In this document: one piece after another, positions 9,888 to 19,757 of the stretch | Layout: each line of letters begins with the position of its first letter | Numbering within the stretch: position 1 is the stretch's first letter | DNA from: Candidatus Delongbacteria bacterium | GTDB taxonomy: Bacteria; CAIWAD01 | Assembly: GCA_963663545.1 (NCBI GenBank) | Contig: OY760505.1 | Location: forward strand, 1,824,001-1,888,000 | Direction of reading: 5' to 3' | Length of the DNA stretch: 64,000 bases | The notes under the pieces: generated by a model | What the model was told of the DNA's origin: nothing | The model's database searches: none | The model's input: only the letters and a program-made list of their open reading frames with translations | Translations under genes and position numbers: made by a program

Positions 9888-10999
9888 TGCGCACGATCCT
9901 TCAAATTCTGCTGGGATTGCTTCTTCTTCCCCTGCTGCTTCTTGCTCAGACACAACAAACGCCGGTGGAACGGCTAGCTGGCAAATGGGAGCATCCTGCG
10001 CTTCTGGAGTTTGAGCAGCTGCGTGTTCGCCCTTTCACCATTCACTTCCATCCTGTGGATCGCGCTTATGCTTCGGCTGTGGCAATGGCCATCGAGCAAG
10101 GACAGCGACGGCTGACCGAAGACCTTACGCTGATCAACTTCCAGAACAGCCAGGTCGTCATCGCTTTCAATGGCGAGCACTTCTACGCAACGGCCGGACC
10201 CGGTAGCCCGGGTTGGGCCGCGGCCATTGCCAATGCGCAACGTCGCCTGATTGTGATGAAAAGTCCGCGCTGGTCTGCGGTGAGTCCAAACCCGACGGCC
10301 ACAATCCTGCACGAGATGGCGCATCTGGGCGTTGGCATTCTCACCCGCGGCGGGCAAATTCCCCTTTGGCTCGAAGAGGGAATTGCAGTAGTGGAAGCCG
10401 GTGTGCCCCAAGGCTTCCTTGGTGATAGCGGTCTGGGCCTTTCCCAAGCACTGCACTCCGGGGGCCTAATGCACCTGGACGACATTGGCCAGCTCGATGG
10501 CATGTCGGGTGCGGGAGTGGATCTGGCGTACCAACAGGCCGAAAGCGCCGTCCGCTACTTCATCGAACGCTTCGGTCGCCTGGCACTGATCCAGACACTC
10601 AGCTTGGTGGGCGAGGGCGAGGACTTCTCTGTAGCTTTCGATAAAGCTACCGGCGGCAGCTACTACCGCTTCGAAAGCGATTGGCGTGACTGGCTGAAGG
10701 ACAACGCTGGCCTGTGGTTCCTGACGGGACTAAAGGGCTGGTTCTGGGTCGGCGCGATTCTTTTGGTCAGCGTCGGTGTTCTCTTGCGGCGTTTGCGTGC
10801 GCGACGAATCTTGAAGCGCTGGCAAGCCGAAGAAGAGGCGCAGGTTGCCCAGTCACTTCACGCAGATTTCCACTCAGAACCGGTTGCGGAACGTGGGAAC
10901 TCAAGCGATGCGCGCAAAATTCCCATTGACTGGAAAATGGGACCGGCTACAAAAACAACCACAACGCCTCCCTCTTCGAACGAGGATGATGCACGCTAG
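9884..10999 (+). CDS. Peptidase MA-like zinc metalloprotease with C-terminal membrane anchor
   Basis: Signal peptide, HEMAH plus PLWLEEG gluzincin motif, LAYQQA, one C-terminal TM helix. Confidence 0.8.
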   Translation: MMRTILQILLGLLLLPLLLLAQTQQTPVERLAGKWEHPALLEFEQLRVRPFTIHFHPVDRAYASAVAMAIEQGQRRLTEDLTLINFQNSQVVIAFNGEHFYATAGPGSPGWAAAIANAQRRLIVMKSPRWSAVSPNPTATILHEMAHLGVGILTRGGQIPLWLEEGIAVVEAGVPQGFLGDSGLGLSQALHSGGLMHLDDIGQLDGMSGAGVDLAYQQAESAVRYFIERFGRLALIQTLSLVGEGEDFSVAFDKATGGSYYRFESDWRDWLKDNAGLWFLTGLKGWFWVGAILLVSVGVLLRRLRARRILKRWQAEEEAQVAQSLHADFHSEPVAERGNSSDARKIPIDWKMGPATKTTTTPPSSNEDDAR

Positions 11000-11193
11000 C
11001 GTGTACCACTTCACAGCAAGCGCCATTTCTGGCAAACCGCTTCACTAGACGGTATACGGCGTACTCTGCTGGTGTACACTTTGTGATACAAATGTGCGCG
11101 CCACGCTTGACACAGCCAGCATAACCCAACCATAATTTCATCAACCCCTCAAAAAATATTTTCAGAAAAAGTGTCGCGTGACAGATTTTTCAC

Positions 11194-11222
11194 TTGCCAA
11201 AGTGCTCCGCAGGCTCTATTTT
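11194..11222 (+). promoter_or_regulatory. sigma70-like promoter of first tandem paralog
   Basis: TTGCCA-17 nt-TATTTT; same layout upstream of the second paralog. Confidence 0.6.
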
Positions 11223-11228
11223 CGCCCC

Positions 11229-11359
11229 CGAATTAGCAATCGAACCCAACCTGCCTCGAAACACTCAACAGTCAATTTTGCGGTGCAATGCGACCAGATG
11301 CATTCTCCATAGGTGGTGGGGTTTGCGGCAAAGAATTGATTGGAAATAGGAGAACGGTC
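11229..11359 (+). promoter_or_regulatory. Conserved ~130-nt 5' leader, copy 1
   Basis: CGAATTAGCAATCgAACCCaACCTGCCTCGA...GGTGC..TGCG.CC...GGTGGTGG shared with 12689-12820. Confidence 0.6.
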
Positions 11360-12442
11360 ATGAAGCGTTTTGTTACCCTGCTTACTGTTTCGATCACGAT
11401 GGCTGCAATTGCCTTCGCAGATCATCCTTCCATGGACCCCGAGTACGGCGAAGGGACCAATTTCCCCTTCCATCCCGGCCCTTGGGTAACCACCTCTTAT
11501 GACGCGGGCAACATCTGGCAGGAGTGCTTCTGCCTACCCACCGCCAGCTACGAAGTGCAAACCAACGATCCCACCGTACCCATTCGTGTTTTCAACACAA
11601 TGCGGCTGACGGGCGGCATTACCGACGAGTGCCAAACCACCGGCATCTACAATCCCGAGCCCAAGAACTGGTACTCGCCTGGCACAACCAATTCCTTCTC
11701 ACTGGACTTCTACTTCGCCGGGCAGCCCCTTTCCAGCGTGGAAGAGGGACTCGGCTTCTTCATTACCGATGACATCGCGGTCACCCCCGAACGCGCCATG
11801 CTTAACCTGGCCGTTACCATGCAGAACCTGGGTGGCGCCATCCAGGTATCCGTAGTCGACGCCTCCGGCCCGAAGCTCACGGTGCCGATTCCCGGCAATA
11901 CTCCCGACTACCGCTTCTATCTGATGCGCATCGAGTACACATATGTGGAAGCCGCCGACCAAGGCCTCCTGAGTCTGCGCGTTTTTGATTTCGCCTCGGA
12001 TCCTACGGGCGCTGTCATCGAGTTGGTCAATGACCTGCCCATCATTCCCGTCAACTCTGGTTACCTGGCATTCAGTGCCCACGCCTGCCCTGTTGAAGGT
12101 GTTGTGCCTTACCAGTACATCGACGACATCTGCATGAGCTTCGGTTATACGCCGACGGCCGAGGCGGTAGTAGCCGAGTCCTCTTTCGAGCTGGGACAGA
12201 ATTTCCCGAACCCCTTCAACCCAACGACGACCATCAGCTACACCGCCAAAGAAACTGGTGAGCTTAGCCTTAAGGTGTACGATCTGGCAGGCAGCCTGGT
12301 CTCTACGCTGGTTGACGGCATGGTTGAAATGGGCGAGCATGAGGTTGTCTTCAACGGCAGCAACCTGGCAAGTGGTGTGTATTTCTACACGATCGAAAGC
12401 GCTGGCATGGTGAGCACCAAGAAAATGGTGCTTGTCAAGTAA
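11360..12442 (+). CDS. Secreted protein with T9SS/Por-type C-terminal domain (paralog 1)
   Basis: Signal peptide; C-terminal FELGQNFPNPFNPTTTISY...LASGVYFY...KKMVLVK; AGGAG RBS. Confidence 0.85.
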   Translation: MKRFVTLLTVSITMAAIAFADHPSMDPEYGEGTNFPFHPGPWVTTSYDAGNIWQECFCLPTASYEVQTNDPTVPIRVFNTMRLTGGITDECQTTGIYNPEPKNWYSPGTTNSFSLDFYFAGQPLSSVEEGLGFFITDDIAVTPERAMLNLAVTMQNLGGAIQVSVVDASGPKLTVPIPGNTPDYRFYLMRIEYTYVEAADQGLLSLRVFDFASDPTGAVIELVNDLPIIPVNSGYLAFSAHACPVEGVVPYQYIDDICMSFGYTPTAEAVVAESSFELGQNFPNPFNPTTTISYTAKETGELSLKVYDLAGSLVSTLVDGMVEMGEHEVVFNGSNLASGVYFYTIESAGMVSTKKMVLVK

Positions 12443-12470
12443 CGACTCTCATCCCATACCCAATACATCA

Positions 12471-12501
12471 AACGCGCCCTTCTCCCGGGGCGCGTTTTTT
12501 C
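12471..12501 (+). terminator. Intrinsic terminator
   Basis: AACGCGCCC / GGGCGCGTT stem followed by a T-run. Confidence 0.8.
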
Positions 12502-12653
12502 TTCTCAACAAGAAGCGCATCGATCCAAAGCCGCTTCCATGGCCGTATACACAAAGGGGCGGTTGTCCCCGTGTATCACAGAGCGCAGAAGCCCGGACAG
12601 AGATCGCGACCGCAGTGCCAGAGAGGGCCACTGAGATTTTTTTCATTTTCTAC

Positions 12654-12682
12654 TTGCATTTCAGCTTTGCGCCCTCTACCTT
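12654..12682 (+). promoter_or_regulatory. sigma70-like promoter of second tandem paralog
   Basis: TTGCAT-17 nt-TACCTT at the same offset from the conserved leader. Confidence 0.6.
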
Positions 12683-12688
12683 TGGCCT

Positions 12689-12820
12689 CGAATTAGCAAT
12701 CAAACCCTACCTGCCTCGATACAACCAAAACAGAGAAGTAGTTGGTGCCCTGCGGCCCGAAGTGTATTCCTGGGTGGTGGAATTCACGAAGGCGGCGGAC
12801 TTGTAGAAGGGGGAAATCGC
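12689..12820 (+). promoter_or_regulatory. Conserved ~130-nt 5' leader, copy 2
   Basis: CGAATTAGCAATCaAACCCtACCTGCCTCGA...GGTGCCCTGCGGCC...GGGTGGTGG. Confidence 0.6.
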
Positions 12821-13906
12821 ATGAAGCGGTTCGTTACGCTGCTGACAGTTTCCATCACGATGGCCGCCATTGCATTTGCGGACCATCCGATGCAGGACCC
12901 GGATTATGGTACGGACACGGGTTTCCCGTTCCACCCTGGTGCTTGGGTCTCGACCACATTTGACGCTGGCGATGTATGGCAGGAGTGCTTCTGCCTTCCG
13001 ACCGTCAGCTACTCCGTAATCACCTCCGACATCTCCGTGCCCATTCGTGTGTTCAACACGATGCGCATGACGGGTGGACAGGCGACGGAGTGCCAGTACA
13101 CAATGATCCAGAACGAGACGTACCGTACTTGGTACCAGCCCGGAACCGCCAACTCCTTCGAGTTGGATTTCTATTTCGCGGCTCAGATGGTGCAGAGTGC
13201 GTCGGAAGGTCTGACCTTCTTTGTGACTCCGCAGCTGCTGCAGAGCCACACGGATCTAGGTCTGGCCGAGCTGTCCGTGCAAATCCGCAATGACGGCTCC
13301 CAGATTCTGATGGGCCTCTACGATGCAAACGGCCTGGTTGTCGAGAATCCGCTGAACAACGGAACTCCCGACTATCGTTTCTACCTGACTCGCGTTGGTT
13401 ACGAGTACAACGAGATCGACAACACCGCTGATGTTACAGTCCGCGTGTTCGACTTCTCGGACGATCCTGCCGGTCATGGCATCACCGTCATCGATGCTCA
13501 GCCTGTTGCCCCGGTCAACGATGGCTATTTCGGCTTTGCCGCCGCCGCCTGCCCGATTAGCGGTATGGCTCCGTACCAGTACATCGACGACATCTGCATG
13601 AGCTTCGGTTACACGCCGACCGCCGACGCCGTAGTCAGCGAGTCTTCGTTTGAGCTGAGCCAGAATTACCCGAACCCCTTCAACCCCACCACGACCATCA
13701 GCTTTGCCACGCAGCAGACCAGCGTGGTCAGCCTGAAGGTTTACGACCTGGCCGGTAGCCTGGTTGAGACTTTGGTGGACGGTTTGGTGGAGCAGGGACA
13801 GCACGAGGTCATCTTTAATGGCAGCGAGCTGGCCAGTGGTGTGTACTTCTACACCCTGGAGTCCGAAGGTCAGATCAACACCCAGAAGATGGTGCTGGTC
13901 AAGTAA
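12821..13906 (+). CDS. Secreted protein with T9SS/Por-type C-terminal domain (paralog 2)
   Basis: First 23 aa identical to paralog 1; shared WQECFCLPT, PIRVFNTMR, TPDYRFYL, PYQYIDDICMSFGYTPTA; PNPFNPTTTI CTD. Confidence 0.85.
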   Translation: MKRFVTLLTVSITMAAIAFADHPMQDPDYGTDTGFPFHPGAWVSTTFDAGDVWQECFCLPTVSYSVITSDISVPIRVFNTMRMTGGQATECQYTMIQNETYRTWYQPGTANSFELDFYFAAQMVQSASEGLTFFVTPQLLQSHTDLGLAELSVQIRNDGSQILMGLYDANGLVVENPLNNGTPDYRFYLTRVGYEYNEIDNTADVTVRVFDFSDDPAGHGITVIDAQPVAPVNDGYFGFAAAACPISGMAPYQYIDDICMSFGYTPTADAVVSESSFELSQNYPNPFNPTTTISFATQQTSVVSLKVYDLAGSLVETLVDGLVEQGQHEVIFNGSELASGVYFYTLESEGQINTQKMVLVK

Positions 13907-13934
13907 GCCTGACTCTCATCCCTAACCCATACAT

Positions 13935-13970
13935 TGATCCGCGCTCGGGCAACCGGGCGCGGATCATTTA
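13935..13970 (+). terminator. Terminator hairpin
   Basis: TGATCCGCGCTCGG-GCAA-CCGGGCGCGGATCA then TTT. Confidence 0.7.
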
Positions 13971-14126
13971 CATTACTACCGGTCCCGACACCGCTTCAAA
14001 ATCCCGCTTGCTACATAGCTTGAATCAAGGGACGTTGTGCCTCGCCACTTCAAACGACGCAAGAGCCTTCGGAAAACAAGACGGTCCTGTTCCTGGGCTA
14101 CCCTTTTCCGCAGCGATCAAGAAAGG

Positions 14127-14149
14127 AAAAGCCCCGCGTGGCGGGGCTT
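14127..14149 (-). terminator. Terminator of the cca-M1 peptidase operon
   Basis: AAAAGCCCCGC-GTG-GCGGGGCTT. Confidence 0.7.
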
Positions 14150-14178
14150 AAGGGATTGATTGCCATCTGTTGATGCGC

Positions 14179-17100
14179 TCACTTGATCAGCAACAATCGT
14201 TCGCTGCGGCTCAGTCCAGCGGCCCGAAGATTGAGCAGATAGAGACCACTTGCCAGACTGCCTGCCTCCAAAACAAGCTCGTGCTGCCCGGCGCTTTGTG
14301 GCTCACGCACCAGCTCCCGCACACAGCGGCCAGTCAGATCATAGAGGCCTAAGATCACGGGTCCGCTCAACGGAAGCGTGTAATACAAACGCGTCATCGG
14401 ATTGAAAGGATTTGGCGCGGCAGCAAGTTCTAGCTCGCGCGGCACAAGTGCGCTTTCTGCGGGAGGTGCAACATCAGCCCAGTCCTCGAGCAACAGCGCA
14501 AGCGCAAAATCCAACCAACGCTCACGGCTGGCCGTGTTTGCCATTCCGGAAAGCGCTTCGAGTCCAAACCCAAACAACACTGCGCCACCCGGGCCGGGCC
14601 CATTGTGCGTACACACGGCAGCCACACTTCCATCCTGGTAGTAGGCCAGCGGCAAATTCCAGGTCGCGCTTAGGCTGCTGGGACTAGTCTGATTGAGCGC
14701 ACCCGAGGCACCGATCAACAATCCACTGATTGGCGCAAAAGTATCCGGTTGACCGTTCAGGTAAACCTGCCCGTTGGATTCGGACTCGATTGAAGTAGAG
14801 AACCACGCGTCGAGCGAATCCTGGGGCCATTGATCCACAGCATCTTGTCCGGTGATACAAACAGCAACCCCGGCGTTAAAAAGCCTACGCAATTGCACTA
14901 GCTCGTCCATGTCGATACCGTTGCCGCTGTCGCCCGTGTACCAGATTAGTGCTCGATACTGCCCTACGTCCACCGTCGACAACTGCGACGCCGTGACACA
15001 ATCGTGCCACGCGCCGAGACTATCCAGCGCAGGTGTGTAATACAAACCGTAGTCATTCTGATCATCGTCATCCACCAACAGGATTTCCGGTAGCCCGACC
15101 AGAACTCGCAAAGGCAGAACAAGATCCTCACCATCCTCCGTGCGAATCGTCAACGACAGCTCTACCGGACCTGGCTCGTTAATGCTGCTGCCGGTCAGGT
15201 GGACATGGCCCGCCTCAAGATGTATTGCCTCTCCGTAGAAACACTCAGCCAGCACAGGCCATTGACCCGAAACCGTGATACGAGGATCTTCCGTCTCCAG
15301 GCTGAACTGCAGATTGCGTCCGTACCCACCTTCGTTGACCAGCTCCAGAACAAGGTCGGCGCACTCGCCACTGACCAGATGACCGTCGCCGTTGCCGCCG
15401 ATCTCGTCATTCAGCGCAAGAGAGTTCAACACGAACACGACTTGGTCCGGCAGCACAACTTCCATTTGGCGGCATAGGATCCATTCGTCGGTATTGAACT
15501 CCAACTCCTCCAGCTGGCCCGGCAGGCGGAAAGCGACCTGGCCGCCCTCCTCGTCGATTGTGACACGATAATCGAAGCTACCCGACGAAGTTGTAACACG
15601 CACCGGAACGGGCATGGAAAAAGTATCCTGCACCTGATGTGTCTGTGTCACGCTGAACGCCACCGTGCAGGAATCAGCATCTTGAAATGTCTGGTATCCA
15701 TATCGATAGGTCGGATAGCCCCCCTGGTAGATCCACTGGTCAAAGAACCACTCCAGGTCCAGACCACTGGCCGCTTCCAGGATGCCGCGATAGTCCTCAC
15801 TGTCAACCGTCAAGTATAGATAGGTGTTGTACCAATCGTGCACAGACTGCCAGAAACTCTCCTCGCCCATCACGTAGCGCAACATGTGTATCACGCTGGC
15901 GGCCTTCTCGTACTGACTCACATTGAACAAGTCGTCAAGCGGTGGATCATAGATTGGCAGGTATTCGCCGTCCCAGCTCAAATAGGTCTGATGGATCTGG
16001 TGCATGTAGTCCAGGAATTCGCCCCAATCTCCGTCTGCCTGATACTGGAAATACAGCGGCTCCGAATAGGTTGCCCAACCCTCATTTAACCAAACGGCAC
16101 GAAAGTCCACCGGCGTCAACGCATCGCCCCACCACTGATGACTCAGCTCGTGGGTTGTTATCGCCTCATACGCCAGCCCACCGGCCACCAGGTTGTTGCC
16201 CATCGTCGTGCAGGTCTGGTGTTCCATGCCACCCCACCCCGTATAAATGGGTGCCTCGGCCATGTAATAGCGCTCAAAGGGATACTCGCCGTATAGTTCC
16301 GTGTAACACGTCAACATATCGCCCAGTCGCGAGAACCCCGCTTGTGCAGCTGCTGCGTGACTCGGATAAACCATCCAACCAATGGGCAGTTCGCCCCAGT
16401 TGGAATCGACAACCGTGTAGTTGGCGGCACACACACTTACCAGGTAACTGCTTATTGGATAGCTGTGACGGTAATGCCAACACTCTGTGCCATCACCCAG
16501 GTCTTCAATCTCAAGCAGGGATCCGTTGCTCAATACTTCGAAATCGCTGCCAACGCGCACCGACACATCCCACAGTGCTTTTTCAAAAGGCTCGTCATAG
16601 CAGGGCGCCCATTGCCTAGTACCCCACGGGTCACTTGCCGTATACGCCACACCGTTGCTGATGGACATGCCCAGATCATTGTCCGTCCACGGCGTTCCTT
16701 CATAGTTCACATAGAGTAGTGCAGTATCACCGGCAGCCACGGTCGCGGGAAGCAATACTTGTAACACATCGTCTTCCAGCGCGAATTCACACGCATCATC
16801 ATCCAGACGAATTTCGTTGCACGTGAGATGCGACAGATGAACCGGCATTGTGGACAAGGCTTCTCGTGCTACAAAGGTCATCCGCATTTCACCGCTGATG
16901 TAGTTTGCGCTGTGCTGGATATAAATCTCCAGCTCATATCGTATAGCATCATAGCTGTGAGTGGAATCTGCGCGCAGCCCTTCCTGATGGACCCTTGTTA
17001 CACGATTGGCACGGCGTAAGAGCTCTCGTTGATGAAAGAGACCCCATTCCGTGGCCGAAACGGACGAAGACGATCCTTTCCGCCCGGGCGCAACCCAGGC

Positions 17101-17301
17101 AGGCGCTTTTGCAGAGGCGGGAAAAAGCTCCTCCTCAACCAGAACCACCGCGCGCGAATTCAACACCATTGTCAGCAACAGCAGCACAAAGACAAGCACT
17201 CTCCACGCCCACCATAGCACGGCCTTTTTCCCGGCCCGACGTTCATACCAGATCATCCCAAGTGTGATCAACAAGCACGCGCCCGCAATCAATCGCCACA
17301 T
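14179..17301 (-). CDS. M1-family zinc aminopeptidase with T9SS-type CTD
   Basis: GGMEHQ, HELSHQWWGD, VWLNEGWATY, YEKAA motifs; C-terminal APNPFNPMTRL...RLLLIK. Confidence 0.92.
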   Translation of the reverse strand: MWRLIAGACLLITLGMIWYERRAGKKAVLWWAWRVLVFVLLLLTMVLNSRAVVLVEEELFPASAKAPAWVAPGRKGSSSSVSATEWGLFHQRELLRRANRVTRVHQEGLRADSTHSYDAIRYELEIYIQHSANYISGEMRMTFVAREALSTMPVHLSHLTCNEIRLDDDACEFALEDDVLQVLLPATVAAGDTALLYVNYEGTPWTDNDLGMSISNGVAYTASDPWGTRQWAPCYDEPFEKALWDVSVRVGSDFEVLSNGSLLEIEDLGDGTECWHYRHSYPISSYLVSVCAANYTVVDSNWGELPIGWMVYPSHAAAAQAGFSRLGDMLTCYTELYGEYPFERYYMAEAPIYTGWGGMEHQTCTTMGNNLVAGGLAYEAITTHELSHQWWGDALTPVDFRAVWLNEGWATYSEPLYFQYQADGDWGEFLDYMHQIHQTYLSWDGEYLPIYDPPLDDLFNVSQYEKAASVIHMLRYVMGEESFWQSVHDWYNTYLYLTVDSEDYRGILEAASGLDLEWFFDQWIYQGGYPTYRYGYQTFQDADSCTVAFSVTQTHQVQDTFSMPVPVRVTTSSGSFDYRVTIDEEGGQVAFRLPGQLEELEFNTDEWILCRQMEVVLPDQVVFVLNSLALNDEIGGNGDGHLVSGECADLVLELVNEGGYGRNLQFSLETEDPRITVSGQWPVLAECFYGEAIHLEAGHVHLTGSSINEPGPVELSLTIRTEDGEDLVLPLRVLVGLPEILLVDDDDQNDYGLYYTPALDSLGAWHDCVTASQLSTVDVGQYRALIWYTGDSGNGIDMDELVQLRRLFNAGVAVCITGQDAVDQWPQDSLDAWFSTSIESESNGQVYLNGQPDTFAPISGLLIGASGALNQTSPSSLSATWNLPLAYYQDGSVAAVCTHNGPGPGGAVLFGFGLEALSGMANTASRERWLDFALALLLEDWADVAPPAESALVPRELELAAAPNPFNPMTRLYYTLPLSGPVILGLYDLTGRCVRELVREPQSAGQHELVLEAGSLASGLYLLNLRAAGLSRSERLLLIK

Positions 17302-18635
17302 GGTTCCTCTCCTTCCGCTTTCTGGTTCAGAAGATACTGCCGAACCATCGCTTCGGCTTCGATCCGGGTATGCAGTCGATGCTCTAGCTGGGCATCTTCC
17401 AACTCCCGCAGCAAACGACCAACTTCAGGGCCGTGCTCAACACCCATCGACAACAGGTCGCCGCCATTCATCAGCGGCGCGGCATGTAACTCTTCTGCAT
17501 ACCGCGCGAGAAACTCATCTACCCAGCGCAGCAGAAAAGTCGCGCGCCCCGGAAGAAACACCGAAAGACAAGCTAGCGCCAGCTCACGACCAGGGTCACG
17601 CAGAAGACGCTTCTGCATTGCCAAGGAAGCAGTGGGTCCATCGGGCAACTCGCATAGCACACGCAAACCAGCTTCGAGCTCGGTATTTTCATCGTTCGAC
17701 AATCGCAGCGCCCGGCACATGGCGCGTAAGAGTCCAGCCAGCTCTCGCCACTGGCTTGGTCCTAGTTCATCGGCAGACACCCCGCACATGCCCGTCAGGA
17801 GACAAAGCCAGGGTGCAGCCGCAAAGCCATCACCCTCAGGCTGCGCCTTTCGCGCCCAGGCTTCAAGGAGAGCGTACGGTCGCTCTGGAGGTGGAAAATG
17901 GAAGCCCGCCTCCCGGCAGAAGCGTCCAGCCAACACACTTGCAAGCCCTGTTTCAAGCAATAAATCCAGACCACGCCCAACGGCTTGCGCGTGAAAGAGG
18001 CGGTCGAATTCTTCCCGCACACGCTCCATGCTCACTTGGCAAAGCCCCTCGGCTAAACGGCGGCAGGCGGCAAGGGTGTTTTCCTCTACTTCGAAGTCCA
18101 ACTGCGCCGCGAAACGAATAGCACGCAGCATGCGCAGCTTGTCTTCTTCGAAGCGCGCGTCAGGACTGCCGATGGTGCGAATCAAGCCTCGCGCAAGATC
18201 ACTGCGGCCTTCGACCCAATCGTAGACCTTGTCTTCCAGGGGGTCCCAGAACATGCCGTTGATTGTGAAGTCGCGACGCGCTACATCCTCTTTTGCACTG
18301 CAAAAGCGCACGGCATCCGGTCGACGGCCATCTGTATACCCGTGGTCACTGCGAAACGTGGCCACTTCAAAGGTGTGCTGCTCGATCATGACGATCATGA
18401 CGCCAAAATGCTCACCCACAGCCACGGTGCGACGGAAGAGCTGCTTCACTTCGGAGGGCGAGGCCGAAGTAGCAATGTCCAAATCATGCACCTGCCGCCC
18501 CAGCAAGTGATCGCGCACGGCACCTCCAGCCACATAGGCCTCGTGTCCCGCTTCATGCAGACGATGCAGGATGAAGCGCGCGTGCTCATAGAGTAGTGCC
18601 GGTAAAGCGGCCGCGAATTCGGATTGGGTTTGCAT
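17289..18635 (-). CDS. cca: CCA tRNA nucleotidyltransferase / poly(A) polymerase family
   Basis: AYVAGGAVRDHLLG..HDLDIAT, FEVATFR, RRDFTING, EDKLRMLRAIRF. Confidence 0.9.
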   Translation of the reverse strand: MQTQSEFAAALPALLYEHARFILHRLHEAGHEAYVAGGAVRDHLLGRQVHDLDIATSASPSEVKQLFRRTVAVGEHFGVMIVMIEQHTFEVATFRSDHGYTDGRRPDAVRFCSAKEDVARRDFTINGMFWDPLEDKVYDWVEGRSDLARGLIRTIGSPDARFEEDKLRMLRAIRFAAQLDFEVEENTLAACRRLAEGLCQVSMERVREEFDRLFHAQAVGRGLDLLLETGLASVLAGRFCREAGFHFPPPERPYALLEAWARKAQPEGDGFAAAPWLCLLTGMCGVSADELGPSQWRELAGLLRAMCRALRLSNDENTELEAGLRVLCELPDGPTASLAMQKRLLRDPGRELALACLSVFLPGRATFLLRWVDEFLARYAEELHAAPLMNGGDLLSMGVEHGPEVGRLLRELEDAQLEHRLHTRIEAEAMVRQYLLNQKAEGEEPCGD

Positions 18636-18871
18636 CTATATATAAATGTAAAGAAGCGTCGTCTGCTTCGCAGGAAGAAGGAAGCTCTTGCAGCAAGCGT
18701 CCGCTCTCTGTACATGAGGATTTCAACATGGCCGGAGAATCGCGGTCAATTCCTCTCCTATAGCTCAAAGCAGAGTACATAAAATTACACATTCTGCTTC
18801 TGAACTACTTGGTAAAGGAACTGTTTTATCATATCTTGCCCACAATCTCAGAGCAAACAGGACGCTGCAAA

Positions 18872-19663
18872 ATGGAAGAACATGGCACCAGCTCAGCCCT
18901 TGAGCGCCAGGAAATACTCGATAGTTCGTTTCCACAGCAGATGACCCCGTCTCAGACGGCGGTCGTACCCGAACAAGAACGCACTCGCTTCCGCAACGTG
19001 GCAGTAGGCTTTCAGCAAGTCGAGCAAGAGTACGAGCGCCCCCAGGCGCCAACTCTGGGACGGCGAGCGCGTGAACGCGAAGCTCGTCGGCGTGAAATCC
19101 TGCAGGTATCCCGTTCCCTGTTTGCCGGACAAGGCTTCACTGGAACGACAATCGATGAAATTGCCCGGCTGACCGAGTTCGCTAAGCCTACAATTTACCA
19201 GTACTTCAAGAGCAAAGAGGAAATCTTCTACACCATTCTGCAAGAAGGTTACCAAGATCTAAACGGAATACTCAGCAAGGCACTGCAAGCTCGCGCTAGC
19301 GTCGCCCAGCAATTCCGCACGGTCTGTGTGATGTTCCTGATTTACTACCGCAAGCAGATGGATTTCTATCTGATTCAGCGCCAGTTCGCTTCACGCCTGC
19401 AAAAAGAGCAGGACGACAAACTGCATGCCAGCACCCGCCGCCTGCACTTGCAACTGATCACCGGAGTAGAAAGCCTGCTAAATCAAGGCGTTCGCCGCGG
19501 GGAGTTTCGCAATGTGGACTGCCATACTCTCACCATGCTTTTTTTTGAAACTCTAAACGTTTACACAACGGCGTTTCGGGACGGTGGCGAGCTGCGAACA
19601 GCAAACGAGTTGGCTGACGAGATTCTTGCTTTCTTTATGTACGGAATCGAACAGCGCGCATGA
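18872..19663 (+). CDS. TetR/AcrR-family transcriptional regulator with N-terminal extension
   Basis: LFAGQGFTGTTIDEIARLTEFAKPTIYQYFKSKEEIF HTH; GVRRGEFR C-terminal motif; start uncertain. Confidence 0.88.
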   Translation: MEEHGTSSALERQEILDSSFPQQMTPSQTAVVPEQERTRFRNVAVGFQQVEQEYERPQAPTLGRRAREREARRREILQVSRSLFAGQGFTGTTIDEIARLTEFAKPTIYQYFKSKEEIFYTILQEGYQDLNGILSKALQARASVAQQFRTVCVMFLIYYRKQMDFYLIQRQFASRLQKEQDDKLHASTRRLHLQLITGVESLLNQGVRRGEFRNVDCHTLTMLFFETLNVYTTAFRDGGELRTANELADEILAFFMYGIEQRA

Positions 19664-19722
19664 AGCGAAGCCAGAACCTCCTGACCGTAGACTGAAACGT
19701 CTGGTAGGAATTGGTTGATCAC

Positions 19723-19757
19723 AAGCCCCTAACCGCTTTGGCGACATAGGGGCTTTT
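19723..19757 (+). terminator. Terminator after TetR gene
   Basis: AAGCCCCTA / TAGGGGCTT stem plus TT. Confidence 0.65.

Noticed and set aside
17051..18121. Long alternative ORFs (17051-18121, 31323-32276, 44626-45582, 60780-61778, 11699-12340 and similar)
   Set aside because: Antisense shadows of well-supported genes with no motifs of their own.
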